DNA from: Mobula hypostoma
Lineage: Eukaryota
DNA length: 64,000 nt
Direction of reading: 5' to 3'
Assembly (NCBI RefSeq): GCF_963921235.1
Contig: NC_086097.1
Span: 84,012,001 to 84,076,000, forward strand
The notes below the pieces were generated by a model that saw nothing but the letters and a program-made list of their open reading frames with translations, was not told where the DNA came from and did no database searches. Below, in pieces: positions 1-12,684 of this stretch. How positions within the stretch are numbered: position 1 is the stretch's first letter; each line of letters starts with the position of its first letter. The translations under genes were made by a program, and so were the position numbers.

Positions 1-2015
1 CAGGCTTCAACTACATCCACTTTGCTGAAGTGTTTCCCTCCAGAAAGGATAGCAAAGATATCCTCTCTCCTGGGCAAAGGGTATCGATCCACTTTCACAA
101 CTGGGTTGATGGTGACCTTAAAATCACCACAAATCCTGACAGACCTATCCTTCTTGGTTACTGAGATCACTGACATTACTCTTGGGTTCCACTCAACCAT
201 GGAAAGAATTCTTACAGCCTCCATGTGACTTAGCTCACCGGCTACTTTATCACAGATGGTGTAAGGAACCGGCCGGGCTTTGTAAAACTTACATATGGCA
301 TTTTCATTTAACACTATGTTACCCTTTATATGTTTGAGTTTCCCAGTGCCATCCTTGAACACTGCTGTGGCATCATCCAGTACCTTTCTTGGTTTGCTTT
401 CAATTTACTCTATTGAAAGTGGTGGATGGATCACCAATTAAGTTGTCTCAGCCAATCACCTCCTCAGAATACCGACCCTCCTGGTTTTACCAGATACAAG
501 CCCAGTTGTCTTGATGGTTGTTGTATTTCACTGTTACCAATAACATTCCCACAGGAGTTATCTTTTCTCCAGTATAAGTTCCTAGTTGGATATTTTCAGT
601 TCAGATTCTTTGAAATGCCGTTCAAACGGAATGAGCAAATCAGCTAAGCCAGTGTCCAATTCAATTTTAATCAACTTGCTGTTCACTTTTGGTGTAAACC
701 ATATTGCTTATCTCTTGTTAGTTTTCATGTTGTAAATCTCAAGGCTACTTAGTCCTTTGTTACTCTCATCACTGTCAGTTTTTTTTATCAACAGCATGCA
801 GATTAGTGCTCTTTTTGAAACTGCAACTTCTTACCTTCTTTTCCCTGTGCATTCCATTAGTTTTGTCTGCCCGACATGCTTTGAATGCATCCTATTTTGT
901 GGCATTTTCTATAAGATTCACCTTTAAACCTCCATTGGTCTGGTGTATGTGAATCCTTAATACAATGGTAACACAACTTATTCAGCTGGGTAGGTTTATG
1001 TGTAGACTTTGCAATTCTGTTCATGCTCACTTTCATTCCTGACTGCAACTCAATTGCATCTCTAGCTGCTGTTTCCATTGATACAGTGATTTCAGCTGCT
1101 GTTTTAAATGTGAGTTGTGCGTCAGTTAGGAGCCGTATTTGAATGCTTTCTTGTAAGATATGCAAACTACTTGATCTCTCAGTGCATCATTAAGCCCATT
1201 ACTGAACTGACAGTCCTCAGACAATTTCTTCAATTCAGCCAATAAGCGGTAATGGACTTCCCTTGCTTTTGATCCACTTATGAAACCTAAAGCATTCTGA
1301 AATCAACATGGTTCTAAATGTTCCCGCATTGCTTTCACGATATCAACAAAGCTTATTCTGGCTGGTTTGGTTGGCACAGTTAAATTTCTAAGCAAACTGT
1401 ATGCTTTTCCATCTATTACACTCAGTAATACTGGCATTCACTTTTCATTGGCTATTTAATTTGCTTCAAAATACTGCCCAATTCATTCAGTATAAATTAG
1501 CCATTTATCTGTTGTGTAATCGAATGCATCTACCTTTCCAATGAAGCTAGCCACTTCTGCGTTTTTTATTATTATGATTATTATCACCTGGTACTCACTG
1601 TTTATGACCCAGTGAATTTTATCCATTGTCTACACTTTTTTTAAACTTGACCATTTCTCTCCCATTTCTGAAGAAAAAAAATGTGCTGCACTATTTTTTA
1701 AAACTCGAGCTTCTCGCTGTGCTTCAACAGACAGGTAATTGTCTTGGGATAGCTTTAAAGTTTCTTCGATGCCACTGTTATGATTTGTAACTCCAGAAAC
1801 TAATTGAAAGAAAAACATGGGAACCTGGGAATAATGTGGCTACTTCATTTTACTTTTGTGAAGTATGCACGTATGACATGGTGGTCTAATGACGTATGCC
1901 ATTCACATACCTTTACATAAAACTTGTAATGGATTATGAAATAGCAAACAATGCTTAATCAAACGATATATTTAGAATATTACTCAAATATTACTGAAAT
2001 GTTAAATACACAACA
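1..2015 (-). mobile_element. Gypsy LTR retrotransposon, decayed 5' part (5' LTR, PBS, gag, protease, start of RT); continues off the window's left edge
   Basis: Minus-strand LTR 2015..1776 is bounded by TGTT...AACA and followed by a PBS-like TGGCATCGAAGA. A gag-like start (ASFIGKVDAFD) lies at ~1550 and a zinc-knuckle remnant in ORF 857-1165. Protease motif IELDTG is at ~655, and RT-like DFKVTINPVVKVDRYPLP at ~70-125. Stops and frameshifts throughout. Confidence 0.85.
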
Positions 2016-2099
2016 GATACCACCTATTTTCAAACACAAAGAAGACAATATTATTTTTTACATCAGGGTTAATACCTGCTGTATCTCCAAATATTAATG

Positions 2100-4510
2100 G
2101 AATCATAACACAGAAATAGGTTCTTTGGCACATCTAATCCATGCCAAGCTGTTACTCTACTCATTGACACACACCTGGGCCATGTCCTCCATGTACTTAC
2201 CCAAACTTCTCTTAAATGTTGCAGATGAACTTACACCCACCACTGCTGTTGGCAGCTGATTCCACAATCGCGCTTCCATCTGAATAAAGAGATTACCCTT
2301 AAATATTTCATCTTTCACCCTTATCCTATGACCTCTAGTTCTAGTCTCTGCAAACCTCAGTAGAAAAAGCATGCTTGCATTTACCCTATCTATACACCTC
2401 ATAATTTTGTATACCTCTTTCAAATCTCCCCTCATTCTTGCTGCAGGAAATAAAGTCCTAATCTATTCAACCTTTCCTTATAACTCAGGTCTTCAAGTTT
2501 TGGCAACATCCTTGCAGATTTACTCTGCTATATTACAAAAAAAAAGCTTCTTAGTAGTTCAAGTAACACCAGAGGCTAATCATCCAATCATGCGTGAGTC
2601 ACGTCTTAGGTAGAGATATCCAATTATTCCCACTCTCACAAACATAAGAATCAGTAGCAGAAGTAGTTCATTCAGCTCCTCCACACTGTCCCGCTATTCA
2701 ATAACATCACAGTTCATTTTCTGCCTCAGCGGCTCTTTCCTCCCTAACCTTTGGTTCCTCTAACATCCATTTCTGTTTATAATGCAACCATTGACTGAAC
2801 ATATCCCCCTCTAGAGTAGAGGTTTCCAAAAGTTTACCCTCCTTTGAATGAAGAAATCTCACCTCAATTTTGTCCAAAATAGCGTACCTCCCATTTTGAC
2901 ACGACCCAAGATCTAGATTCCTCATCCAGCAGAAACATCTCATCATAACCACCCTACCGAACCCTTGAAGAATTTAGTATGCATCTTTCTTTTAAACTCT
3001 AAGGAATAGAAGCTGTACTTATTCATCTTTCTTCCTATGACAGACCAGTACCTGAGAAGCCAACATGTGAATTTTCTTTGCACATCCTCTCTTTTCGATG
3101 AGGAGATCAAAACTGCACACAACTCTCACCTCTCACTTTGGATCTATAATATTGTACTAAGATACCTTCACGTAAATTTCTTGCAGAAGGGCTAACATAT
3201 CATTATCCTTCTTACCTATTGCACTGGCACGTTAGCTTTCAGTGACTAATGTACAAGGATACTGAGCTCTTTTAAATATTAACATTTCCCAGTTTGTCTC
3301 TATTTAAACATAATTCAGTATTTCTGATCTTTGCACTTAAATGGACAACAACATTTTTTCTCCAAACTGTGCTCTCTGCCAAGTTGTTGCAGGTTTTCTT
3401 AGCTTCTCTGTTTTCACTACTTACATTCCTGCTGTGCGAATGTGCAAATGTGGCAATGTAAAGTTTGATTCCTGAGCCTAATCATTGATAATAGATCATG
3501 AATATCTGGACCTAAGCACCAATCTCTGCAATACCCCACATGCAACCATAGAAGGACCCATTTATAGCTATTCTCTGTTTTCTAACTGTTAAACAATCTA
3601 AATCCACATGAGTATATTACCCTCAAATCCATGGGCTCTAACTTTGTTCAGCAGTCTCCTGTGACAGAACTTATTGAAAGCCTTCTTAAAATCTAAATAG
3701 ACCAAATTCAAAAAATCAACCTCAAAGAACACCATAGGTCAGTTAAAAGCTATTTACTTTTCATAAGACCATTTTAACTCTATTAAATCATATTATAATT
3801 TTCTACTTTTCTTTATATTACATCTTTGAAAGATCCCAGCATCTTCCCAACTGATGTCAACTAAGAAGTCAGTAGCTCCATGTTTTCCCTCTCCCTCCTT
3901 TCTTATATGGTGGAGCCACATTTTCTATCCTCCAGACTCCAGGATTCACTTCAGAATTAATGGAAGTAATGAAGCTGATAACCAGAGCCATTGCCAATTA
4001 TTTCAAAACTCTCCGATATTGATTTTGGGTCCTTAGGAATGATTAGTTTTATTGGCTCTCATTTGAACAGAACATAGAATAGTACAGTGCAGAACATGCC
4101 CTTCACACCACAATGTTAAGATATAAAACATAAAACAACAGGAGAAGAGTTAGGCCATTTGGCCCATCGAGTCTGCTATGTCGTCCATCATGGGTGATTT
4201 ATTATCCCTCTCAAAATCTTGCTCCTGCCTTCTCTCCATAAACTTTCACACCCTTACTAATTAAGACCCTTACAACCTCTTTTCTAAGTATAATCAATGA
4301 TTTATTTGGCTTCCACAGCTGTCTATGACAATGAATTCCAAAAATTTACCACTCTCTGACTAAATAAATTGCTCCTTATCTCTGTTCTAAAGGGACGTTC
4401 TTCCATTCTGAGGTTGTGCCCCTTGCCCAAGACTACATCCCCACTCTTCTGGAAATATCCTCTCCATGTCCATTCTATCTAGCCCTTTCCATATTTGACA
4501 GGCATTAATG
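2100..4510 (-). mobile_element. Several old, degenerate CR1-type LINE 3' fragments
   Basis: ORF 2157-2435 (RGDLKEVYKIM...TRGH...LWNQLP) is the CR1 ORF2 C-terminus. Similar decayed tails lie at ~2640-4040 and ~4130-4510. Boundaries are approximate. Confidence 0.65.
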
Positions 4511-4637
4511 AGAGGTGCTGACCTATGATGTTTCTTCACCAATATTAATTTTTTAAACTTACTTTTTTCAACCAGAAATTTTGATTATTTTCCTCTGCCT
4601 ATTCCTTATTTATACTTTAAACTCTCCCACCTCTAGA

Positions 4638-5480
4638 TTCAAAGTTTCAAGGTATATTTATTATCAAAGTTTGCATGCAGTATACATGGATAGATACATA
4701 GATTTGTCCTCCTGCAGGCAGCCATGAAACAAGGAAACACATCCAACGAAAACATCAAACGCCCAACGTGCAAAAAGGAACAAATTGCGCAAATGGCAAA
4801 GAGCGAGCAAATAACACACAGAATATTAAATGTCAAACCACAGGGTCCTTGAAACAATCTAGAAATGTTCAGTTTATTCAGTTTAATTTAGCGCTGTGTT
4901 GTTCATTGACCGCGGACTGCAGAGCCAGCCCGTGTTGAAGTGCCCCAATCAATATCACGCAAAATAGCAAAAAAACAAAGGTGTACAGACACCTATAACA
5001 CATATAAAATGAACTGCAGAGTCCTCTAAAAATGGGGCCAAGCCACAAACTGTGTCTATCAAATCTTGCCCAAGACCCAAGACACCTGCACCTTCTTCCA
5101 GCTGCAGCAAGCCAGAGGTAGAGGGAGACCGGGCAAATGTTGAACACCCGCTCGCCTTCTTCTCTCATCCTCGTTGATTTCAATCTTGCTCATCACGTTA
5201 ATTCGTGAGATCAGCGGGTAATGGAGCCAGTCATGGGTTTGTGCTGCGCTGTTACGCTGCATACTCCATTCTCAACCACGCCATATTCTCTCGGAGACAG
5301 CAAAAGCGCCTGATCGCTCAGTCGGCCCAAAATCATGTCATCAAAATGTAAATTACAGGCTCTGATCATACACAAATTAGTAATAGAAGTATAATTAAAA
5401 GAAGAAGGAGTAGAAAAAGTAGTTTCATGAACTATCTGCAGGACGTCGTCGTTAGTCATGTTGGTTGCAGGCACACATTT
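4638..5480 (-). repeat. Non-coding interspersed repeat with a Rex1-like 3' tail
   Basis: The minus-strand end (...GCTGCCTGCAGGAGGACAAATCT...CTTTGATAATAAATATACCTTGAAACTTTGA) resembles the tails at 18040-18105 and 62625-62710. No coding motif. Confidence 0.4.
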
Positions 5481-5840
5481 ACTCACATTGGTCTTTTCAC
5501 AGGTGCATAGAAACTCCTACATATTCTCTTCTGTCCTTTTTCATTAGGTGAACAAATATTCCCCTCTGGGCATTTATCCAATTCTATTTTGAAAGTTATT
5601 ATTGAATCTTCTTGCACATGTAAGTTCAAGTGATGCAATTCTCATCATAATAATATGCAGTTTTAAAGAAGTCACATCTGTCTCCTTCACCAATTACCTG
5701 AAACTGAGCCTCCTGTGTACAGACTTTTCTGCTGCAGTAAACAGTTCCATGAGTCTGAACATGCCCGTTAAACACTGGTTTCTCTACTTATTCCATACAA
5801 CCAAAGTCCTTGATCAGAAACACAGTGAGTTTTGGAGAGA

Positions 5841-6580
5841 CTTCTGGTAAGATGGTGACATGCTCAGATGCAGCGGCTTCTAGGGGGCCTGCCAAAGGAG
5901 TTAGTGTCTTTTTAAAAATATTTTTTTAGGATTGCAAGACCCAGCTGGATATTAAGAACTTAAGGTACTGCAGGTCTACACCATCAGCGAGTTGCTCATT
6001 GGCGATAAGTCTGAAGGAGTCAGTGTGTGAAGGTGATGTGCAGTCTAGCAGTGAGTAATCATCTTATTTGCTTTTTTTGTGACTGTAAGACCCTGTTGGA
6101 TATTGTTAACACGGAACGCTGCAAGTCCAGTTCATTGGTTTATTGGTGGATGGTGGAGGAGCAGTAGTAGCAAGGACTAGGCCTAAAGCTGTGATGTCGC
6201 CTGTTCACTCACTCGGGAGAGAGGTGTCGGAGTCGGTGCACTCCAATGGAGGTGGTGTGGTGCTGTGTCCATGCAGGAGCCAGTACTGCCCTCCAGTGTT
6301 CACTCAGCAGAAGACAATATGTATGGAGTTTGACTGCAGACTGCTGCAACATTCATGGACTCAGGGATTTGGATTATATATATTTTTTTGTAAGACTCTA
6401 TCTTACTGCTTTGTTATATAGTATGTGCTTACTATCTTATGTGTGCTAAACAGTATGTGCCTTGTGCTGTGTATGACTGTTGGCACTGTGTTTTGTACCT
6501 TGGCCCTGGAAAGATGTTGTTTTATCTGACTGCATTCATGGGTTTTCAAGTATGGTTGAATGACAATTAAACTTGAACTA
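5841..6580 (+). repeat. Non-coding interspersed repeat (probable non-autonomous retroelement)
   Basis: Starts CTTCTGGTAAGATGG and ends GAATGACAATTAAACTTGAAC, with an internal partial duplication (~5925-5975 vs ~6075-6125). No protein motif. Confidence 0.35.
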
Positions 6581-6589
6581 GTGAATTAC

Positions 6590-9500
6590 ACAGAACATAG
6601 AAATTTACAGCACATTACAGAGCCTTCGGCCCACAATGTTGTGCCGACCATGTAACCTACTCTAGAGACTGCCTAGAATTTCCCTAGTGCATAGCCTTCT
6701 ATTTTCCTAAGCTCCATGTACCTATCTAACATCAAGGCTCTTGAAAGTCCCGATTATATCCACTTCCACCACTGCCGCTGGCAGTGCATTCCATGCACCC
6801 ACCACTCTCTGTGTGAAAAACTTTACCCCTGACATCCCCTCAGTAACTATTTCCAAGCACTTTAAAACTATGCCCCCTCGTGTTAACCATTTCATCCTTG
6901 GGAAAAGGCCTCTGGCTGTCCACACAATCAATTCCCCTCATCACCTTATACACCTCTATCAGATCACCTCTCATCCTCTATCACTCCACGAGAAAAGGCC
7001 AAGTACATTCAACCAATTTTCATAAGATATGCCCTCCAATCTAGGAAACATTCTTGTAAATCTCCTCTGCACTCTCTGTATAGTATCCATATCTTTCCTG
7101 TAGTGAGATGACCAGAACTGAACATAGTACTCCAAGTGGGGTCTGAACAAAGTCTTATATAGTTGTAATATTACCTCACAGATCTTGAACTCAGTCCCAT
7201 GGTTGATGAATGCTAACACACCATATGCCTTCTTAACAACAATTTCAACATGCGCAGCAGCTTTGTGTGTCCTATTGTCACGGACCCCAAGATCTCTCAG
7301 ATCCTCCACACTGCCAAGAGTCTTAACATTAATGTTATATTCTGTCTTCAAATTTGACCTGCCAAAATGAACCACTCACACTTATCTAGGTTGAAGACCA
7401 TCTGCCACTTCCCAACCCGGTTTTGCATCTTACCTCTGACAACCCTCCAGACTATCCACAACACCCTCAACCTCTGTGTCATCAGCAAACTTACTAACCC
7501 ACCCTTCTACGTCTTCTTCCAGGTTATCTATAAAAATCCCAAGGGGAGGGGTCCCAGAACAGATCCCTGCGGAACACCACTGGTCTCCAATCTCCAGGCA
7601 GAATACAAGCCATCTACAACCACCTTTGCCTTCTGTGAGGAAAGCCAATTCTCGATCTATAAAGCAATGTCTCCTTTGATCCCATGCCTCCTTACTTTCT
7701 GAAGGAGCCTTGCATGGAGCATCTTATCGAATGCCTTACTGAAATCCATGTACACTACATCCACTGTTCTATCTTCATCAATGTGTTTTATTACATCCTC
7801 AAAGAATTCAACCATGCTCGTAAGGCACAACCTACCCTTGACTATCCCTAATCAGATTATGTCTCTCCAAATGCTCATAAATCCTGCCTCTCAGGATCTT
7901 ATCCAACAACTTGCCCACCATTGAAGTCAGACTCACAGGTCTATAACTTCCTGAGTTATCGCTACTCCTTTTGTTGAACAAGGGAACAACATTTGCAGTC
8001 CCCCAATCCTCCGGTACTTCTCCTGTCCCTATTGATGACACAAAGATCATTGCTAGAGGCTCAGGAATCTCCTTGCTCGCTTCCCACAGTAACCTGGGAT
8101 ATATCTCATCAGGTCCAGGTGACTTATCTAACTTAATGCTTTTCAAAAGCTCTAGCATATCGTCTTTCTTAATGTCTATATGCTCAAGCATTTCAGTCCG
8201 CTGTAAGTCATCCCCACAGTTGCCAATGTCTTTTTCCCTGGTGAATACTGAAGCAAAGTATTCATTAAGTACCTCGACTACCTACTCCAACTCCTTGCAC
8301 ACGTTTCCACTATTGCACTTAATTGGTCCTTTTCTCACACAGCTCATCCTCTTGCTTTTCACATACTTGTAGAATGCCTTGGGGTTTTGCTTAATCCTGC
8401 TCACCAAGGCCTTCTCATGACCCCTTCTGGCTCTTCTAATTACATTCTTAAGCTCCTCCCCAGCAAGCTTGCAATATTCTAGAGCTCTAACTGTACCTAG
8501 TTTCTTGAAACTTTCGTAAACTTTTCTTTTCTTCTTAACTAGATTTTCTACATAATTTGTACACCATGGATCTTTAACCCTACCATCCTTTCCCTGCCTC
8601 AATGGAACTGTCACAGTGGTGGGGCATTGGGAGGAAGGGTGGACCCAAATGCAAGACACATCTTGTGAGGTTAATTAAATTTAGTTTATTGTTCGATACC
8701 AGGAGAGCAAGGCAGGAGCAGGAGTAGCGAAATGGACAAGGACTCAGGACTATGACTAGGCTGGGCCAAGGGTCTGGGCTAGGACTTGGAATTGGATCCC
8801 AGAACTAGAGGAGACACGAAGAGGCTAGGGTATGGACTCTGAGCCAGAGACTGGGCAAGGACCCAGTACCTGGGTCTTGCCTCAGGCTCGGACCCCAGAA
8901 CCAGGCATGGACATGACATGGGCTAGGGAGAGGAGGAACATGGGAACACAGAGCCTCGGTCTCGGGAGAGCAGGTACATGTAACCATGGACACATACACA
9001 GAACACAAATTGGGGACCCCTCCTTGGGAACAGGACATAAGGCCGGGACTCATGACCCCCCCGCGGAGCAACAGCAAGACGGCCTGACTTACCCCATGGA
9101 GGCGAGGATAAGACAAGACAAGACAAGACATGACCCCCCCGCGGAGCAACAGCAAGACAGTCTGACTTACCCTACGGAGGCAAGGACAAGACAAGACAAA
9201 CACCAAAGAACAACACAGTTCCTATCTAGCTCCAGCGATAGAACTAGACCGAGGTGCAGGCGAGAGCTACAGACGAGGGCTAGGGGCGAGAGGGGCAGAG
9301 AAGGGATTCAGACAGGGGGGTAGGACAGGAATCACAGACCACCAGGGCCAAGACTTGACTAGGTACTCGGATGCCACCAGGGCCAGGACTTGACTTGGTA
9401 CTCGGATGCCGCCGGGGCCAGGACTTGGACCTGGTACTTGGATGCCGCCGGAGCCAGGACGTGGTACTTGGAACCTCCGGGTAGTGCCGAGCTCTCGACT

Positions 9501-10294
9501 CGGCCCAGGAACAGTAGACAGCGGCTCCTGATTCTCTCCAGCGGGTTAACTGACGGACCCACCTTGATGAGGAAACTTTGCAGGCTCGCTTTGGCGAGGT
9601 AACTGGACAGGGTTGCTCCAGTGAGGAAGGGCGAATTACCGGCACTCGCTTCTGCAGAGACTAGGCTCGCTCCGGCCAGATGACATCGGCACACTGTACC
9701 TTTGATGACTTTGCAGACGCTCCTGCGCCGAACAGCTGAAAGCTGGAGACTATAAACTACTGGTTCAGCCGAGCGTTAACTGCCTCTAATCACCAAAGCC
9801 AAGGGACACGGGAAAACAGGGAATCAATGGTTTGGATCGTAACATAAACAAGGTAAATTTAAAGGGACCCCGATCCGGACCATGACAGGAACATACCTAT
9901 GCAGAACTCCATGCAAATGTTCCCTGAACATTTACCACATTTCTACCATGCATATTCCTGAGAACATCTGCTCCCAAATTATGTTCCCAAGTTCCTGCCT
10001 AATATTTCCCCTACCTCAATTAAATGTTTTTCCAAATTGTCTGCCCTACCCTTCTCCAGCACTATGGTGAAGGAGATAGAGTTGTGGTCACTACCTCCAA
10101 AATGCTCTTCCACCGAGAGACACCCAACCAGGTTCATTTCTCAATACCATTTCAAGTACAGCCTCTCCTCTAGTTGGCCTATCTACATATTGTGTCAGGA
10201 AACCTTCCTGAACACACCTAACAAACTCTACCTCATCTAAACTCCTTGCGCTAAGGAAATGCCAGTCAATATTAGGAAAGTTGAAATCTCCCAT
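6590..10294 (-). mobile_element. CR1-clade LINE, 5'-truncated ORF2 (APE end + RT), split by an LTR insertion at 8609-9887
   Basis: Minus-strand ORFs carry MGDFNFPNIDW, KSPGPDEIYPRLL, YRPVSLTS, SKFADDT and RPHLEYYVQFWS, with the 3' tail at ~6590. Confidence 0.9.
8609..9887 (-). mobile_element. Solo LTR (Gypsy-type) with internal tandem repeats
   Basis: Termini TGTCA...TGACA; perfect 5-bp TSD GGAAC (8604-8608, 9888-9892); minus-strand AATAAA at ~8685-8690; duplicated ~78-bp unit (9051/9129) and ~36-bp repeats at 9340-9480. Confidence 0.85.
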
Positions 10295-12684
10295 GTTTTA
10301 TGGTTTGACATCTTTCTTAAGGTCTAGTGTCCCAAAATGGTTATGATATTGCAACTGGAATTTCATTGGTATTCTTTGATTTATCACACCAATTCCAAAA
10401 GTATCGCAAAAACCAAAACTATAATCCATACCACAGCCTGTCTGGATTTCTTGATAGCTCCCTGGTAAGATCTATATCCACTACCATTTAAAGGGCAAGT
10501 AGATCTGTGTGTTTCTGATTCAGTCACCCACTATTCTGACTTAGGCATATATTGCCATTCTTTCATAGTCATTGTGCCTAAATCATGGAACTCCCTACCC
10601 AGCAGTACAGTGGAGGCCACGTAGTAGAGTATAGGAATAGAGTGAGGTGGAGGATAAATATGTGGCTGAGGGATCGGAGCAGGGGGCAGGGATTCAGATT
10701 TCTGGATCATTGGGACCTCTTTTGGGGCAGCAGTGTCCTGTACAAAAAAGACGGGTTGCACTTGAATCCAAGGGGGACCAATATCCTGGCGGGGAGGTTT
10801 GCCAAGGCTACTGGGGAGAGTTTAAACTAGGATTGCTGAGGAGTGGGAACCAAACTGAAGAGAAGGAGGAGGAGGTGATTGGCTCACAAATAGAGAAAGC
10901 TTGGAGACACTGCGAAAGGGAGGATAGGCAGGTGATCGAGAAGGGATGCATTCAGACTGATGGTTTGAGATATGTTTATTTTAATTCAAGAAGTATTATG
11001 AACAAAGTGGATGAGCTTAGAGCATGGATCAGTACTTGGAGCTATGATGTTATGGCCATTACAAGACTTGGATGGCTCAGGGGCAGGAATAGTTACTTCG
11101 AGTGCCAAGCTTTAGATATTTCAGAAAGGACAGGGAAGGAGGCAAAAGAGGTGGGGGCGAGGCGCTATTGATCAGAGATAGTGTCATGGCTGCAGAAAAG
11201 GAGGAGGACGTGGAGGGATTGTCTACGGAGTCTCTGTGGGTGGAAGTTAGGGACAGGAAGGGGTCAATAATTCTACTGCATGTTTTTTATAGACCACCCA
11301 TTAGTAACAGGGACATTGAGGAGCAGACAGGGAGACAGAATGGGGAAAGGTGTAATAATAACAGGGTTGTCGTGGTGGGAGATTTTAACAAATATCGATT
11401 GGCATGTCCCTAGAGCGAGGGGTTTAGATGGGGGGTAGTTTGTTAGGTGTGTTCAAGAAGGTTTCTTGATGCAATATGTAGATAAGCCTACAAGAGGAGA
11501 GGCTGTACTTGATCTGGTATTAGGAAATGAACCTGGTCAGGTGTCCGGTCTGTCAGTTGGAGAGCATTTTGGAGATAGTGATCACAATTCTATCTCCTTT
11601 ATCATAGCATTGGAGAGGGATAGAAACAGACAAGTTAGGAAAGCGTTCAATTGGAGTAAGGGAAAATATGAGGCTATCAGGCAGGAACTTCGAAGCATAA
11701 ATTGGGAACAGATGTTCTCAGGGAAATGTATGGTAGAAATATGGCAAATGTTCAGGGGATATTTGTGTGGAGTTCTGCATAGGTACATTCCAATGAGACA
11801 GGGAAAGGATGGTAGGGTACAAGAACCGTGGTGTACAATGGCGATTGTAAATCTAGCCAAGAAGAAAAGAAGAGCTTACAAAAGGTTCAAAAAGCTAGGT
11901 AATGATAGAGATCTAGAAGATTATAAGGTTAGCAGGAAGGTGCTTAAGAAAGAAATTAGGAGAGCCAGAAGGAGCCCTGAGAAGGCCTTGGCGGACAGGA
12001 TTAAGGAAAACCCCAAGGCATTCTACAAGTATGTGAAGAGCAAGAGGGTAAGACATGAGAGAATAGGACCAATCAAGTGTAACAGTTGAAAAGTGTGTAT
12101 GGAACTGGAGGAGATAGCGGAGGTACTTAATGAGTACTTTGCTTCAGTGTTCAGTACAGAAAAGGATTGTGGCGATTGTAGGGATGACTTAGAGCGGACT
12201 GAAAAGCTTGAGCACATAGATATTAAGAAAGAGGATGTGCTGGAGCTTTTGGAAAGCATCAAGTTGGTTAAGTCACCAGGACCAGACAAGATGTACCCCA
12301 GGCTACTGTGAGAGGCAAAGGAGGAGATTGCTGAGCATCTGGCAATGATCTTTGAATCATCAATGGGGACGGGAGAGGTTCTGGAGGATTGGAGGGTTGA
12401 GGATGCTGTTCCATTATTCAAGAAAGGGAGTAGAGGTAGCCCAGGAAATTATAGACCAGTGAATCTTACTTCAGTGGTTATGTTGATGGAGAAGATCCCG
12501 AGAGGCAGGATTTATGAATATTTGGAGAGGCATAATATGATTAGGAATAGTCAGCATGGCTTTGTGAAAGGCAGATTGTGCCTTACGAGCCTGATTGAAT
12601 TTTTTGAGGATGTGACTAAACACATTGGTGAAGGAAGAGCAGTAGATATATATGGATTTCAGCAAGGCATAGGATAAGGTACAC